Assembly (NCBI GenBank): GCA_051942205.1
Contig: JAVECO010000124.1
Location: 1-64,000 of the forward strand
Source of the DNA: Coniocarpon cinnabarinum
Lineage: Eukaryota
Reading direction: 5' to 3'
Length of the DNA stretch: 64,000 bases
Both the position numbers and the translations under genes were made by a program. Positions 61,232-64,000 of the stretch are shown in pieces. The notes below the pieces were generated by a model. It made no database searches. It saw only the letters and a program-made list of their open reading frames with translations, and was not told the DNA's origin. Positions within the stretch are counted from its first letter, which is position 1; each line of letters starts with the position of its first letter.

Positions 61232-61735
61232 GGGCGGGGCTGTTCGTTGCGAAGGTACGAGTGGAATTTGAGCAGGTGCAGTCCAGCTTCAAGGGGCGAT
61301 CAGAGCCCGATAGAAGACTACGGGAGCAAAGTCAAGAGTATAGAGCAATCAAGATGGTTGAGCAACGCCGAAATGTTGATGGGAGGTAGCTCCGACTACT
61401 TGCTTTTGCTCTAAACTCCGAGCTCTTGGCAATGATTATGTAAGCATCTCGCATTGCAACAGCAATAACAAGACACTAATTACGTGCGTCTTTAAGACTC
61501 TGTTTTAAAATCCACATTTCGGTATTATTTGCTAGACAAATTACTGGTCATGCTCCACTCGGCCAATCTGATTGTGTCAAGTTGATTGCAAAAAGCTTTT
61601 AGGATTGTTCTCATGCGCCACCACTCTTGCGACCTTGCCCGGGACTCCTTGAACGCAAAGAGGAAATGCGACAGGACACATGCTTGAGAGACTGAGTGTT
61701 GTCATTGATGTGGTATAGTCTAGCATTTCATTCTC

Positions 61736-64000
61736 TCACGCGATCAGAATGTCCTTTAACCAAAGATCTGGAAGTACGACATCTGCCGGCCATTCATAAA
61801 CGCCTTTCCATGTCCACGCAGGGAAGGTGACCGAGCGGTGATACAGATCAGGCTTCTCACCCTCTGGAGTTAGTGATGGCGCAGTGAAATCACCATTCGA
61901 TCCGCAAACAGCAAACAGTGTACCTCTTATGGGGCCGCGGTATTGCGCAGCGGATTGGTTGAGCATCTCAATTGTTGGTCGAAGCGCCCACCAGATGTCA
62001 GGACTAGTGCATTTGGCCATTGGTCCGGGGTCGGGCTGTATCAATAATCCATGCTTGAAGCCGTGAAGCATGCTGTCCTGGATCTTGCTGAGCTGCCCCA
62101 AGAAATCTACAGACTCGAGCTTGTTCTCTACAAGAGATCTCTCGAAGCGTTCGCGCGCGTCCGCTGGAATTATTTTGAACCTTCTGAGTGCACTTAGTTT
62201 ACCAGTGCGAAGAGGGAAATCAAATACTCTCCAAGAGCCTCGCAGACCATCTGCCGTGATCCGAGCATTACTAGTGTCCTCTCCGTTGTAAGCACGATAC
62301 ACGCTGCTCTCGCCGCTGCCGCCTCGCATAGCGTTCGGCGTTTTGGGCGCCCAGCTCAGTCCTGGCTCATTCAGTCGAGGAGCAGACGACAGCAAGAATC
62401 CAGTCGCCAATTTTGTGTTTTGTCTCGCACGCCAGAATTGCACGGGGTCTCTGAAAGGGTCCTGGTCATGAACTAGTAAGCTCCAGATGAGCATTTCATC
62501 GGGCTCCTCCCGGGCAGGACGGTAACTAAGAAGCTCTCCAGCTTGGCTGATTGAAATTAATGTATCGCCCTGTTTGTGGCGCCCATATTCTGTCTCAAAT
62601 TTTGACATCATCGTTCTTGAGGGCAGAAGATGTCCAAGTGACATCTCGAGCACACAGAGGTCAATGTGACCGAACTTGTGCACAATGCGAGCAACATCAA
62701 GAAATGGGACCGTGTGGTTGTTCTTGCATAGGATCTGAAGATTTCGACGACCTTTAATTGACTCAAGGTAGGTCCATGCTCGAACATTCCAGTCGCACAC
62801 AAGCAGAGTTGCTAGAATCTGTTCACAGCGAGCAATAGTTGCGGGGTCAACGACATCACTGTCATTAGCAAGAGCAGTTCCAGTGAGGTCGATCATTTGC
62901 AGGTCCCGATCTCACACGAGCGTGACGCCGCAGAGACCAAAAACCATGTTGATGTCTTTAATGGCTGCTTTCTTCAAGATCTTGTCATCAGGTATACATG
63001 CAGTATCCATCCAGAACGAGTCACATCCAAGCTTTCGTGCGAGTTGCGACATCCGATGATACAAGCAAATGTTGATCCCTTCTTCCGGGCGTCCACCCAT
63101 GCCAGCTATCCTACATTACCTGACGTTAGCAGATTTTGTTACTAAGCGTGCACGAAAGCCTTCTCGCAAATTTTCAGTTTTGAATCACGAAGCTGTCCTT
63201 GACGGCAAAAACGCGCGTTAGACAGCAGAATTACACAGACCTGAACGAAGTCAAGATGTGCACTTACCAGACATGAGAGACCGCTAAAGTCGTCTCTGAT
63301 GCACGACAATACGTGATGAACTCTGGATCTTCTTCTAGGCGCACAGCCTGCAGCCTTCCACATTGCAGGTAGCTGGATTGGTTCCAAAATATCCTGCTGC
63401 AACAACCACTGCAAGTCTCGTCATGCGCAGACTGGTTCTCAACGCCATTCATGTTGATGAATCGCTGACACTTATCTGGCCTACTCCCGTCACAAATCAC
63501 ACCCGTTTGCTGGTCTGGATTACATCTTGAGGACAAGTTGCCGAATTGTTCATTAAACCTTTCATGCAAGGTACGAAAGTCCCCAGTAATGCTCACGCCT
63601 TGCTCACGAACAAGCTCCAAAGCCCAGCTACACATGTATTCATGTTTATTTCGCTCGGTAATATCTTTCAGTATTTGCTGCCACGGTTTCTGGGCGGCTG
63701 GCACAGTGCGACGTAGTAAGCAATCAACTTCATGGCGATAGTCAAAAAATCCGTAACGCAGATGTATGCCTTGTACTTGATGCACATATAGGAACACCAT
63801 ACGCTGCCAGGATGTCCACAGAAACGAGCGCACAAGCAGCCAACGAACATGGTCATGGCCTTGATCAGGTTCCACAGATATAGCAGAAGCGACCTCTAGA
63901 AGCTCAGCTGTGGTGTTAATAGTTCGCTGGACGAAGCTGTGCACACTTCCGTGCTCTTGAAGAATCCATCGAGCGGCAGAGAAAAAAGCAACGACGATGA
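61736..64000 (-). pseudogene. HET-domain family protein with one in-frame TGA at 62912-62914, 5' end outside the window
   Basis: LAVSHVW|IAGMGGRPEEGIN (intron 63268-63111), FWMDTACIP, AIKDIN, TLV*DRDL, LLVCDWNVRAWTYLE, SWAP. Upstream Cys-rich domain (YMCSWA, RCN, CDG..PDKCQRF, QSAHD..C.GCC). Confidence 0.8.

Noticed and set aside
62912..62914. Selenocysteine reading of the TGA at a Cys position
   Set aside because: Ascomycetes are not known to have Sec machinery, and I saw no SECIS.
1..64000. CRISPR arrays, rRNA, tRNA and prokaryotic operon signals
   Set aside because: None seen. The sequence is fungal nuclear DNA, and intron-containing tRNAs could be missed by eye.

Overview
Eukaryotic DNA from a filamentous ascomycete: short GT-AG introns with CTRAC/CTAAC branch points and Pezizomycotina-type genes (probably a Dothideomycete, which is an inference). 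Conserved genes include Asn-tRNA synthetase, cytochrome b5, SCJ1, complex I 24-kDa subunit, a PCI/CSN12-like protein, an FMO, an ABCA transporter, RPA135, ARL8, an RCR protein, CorA and PDB1. They flank two accessory zones. Zone 1 (about 5.5-28.3 kb) holds conflict/immunity-type genes (frameshifted DUF4238, a DXO/Rai1-like nuclease candidate, a decayed OTT_1508-type deaminase, F-box/LRR, HET) and a tailoring set with no backbone synthase (P450 with an atypical I-helix, carboxylesterase, two methyltransferases, AKR pseudogene). Zone 2 (about 48-55.5 kb) holds two secreted proteins, an SDR and relics with RIP-like stop codons. A MITE-like AT-rich element lies at 3.16-3.49 kb, and a HET-family gene with an in-frame TGA runs off the right edge. 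I found no rRNA, tRNA or CRISPR. Family assignments come from motif recognition by eye, not database searches, and splice sites are manual predictions.
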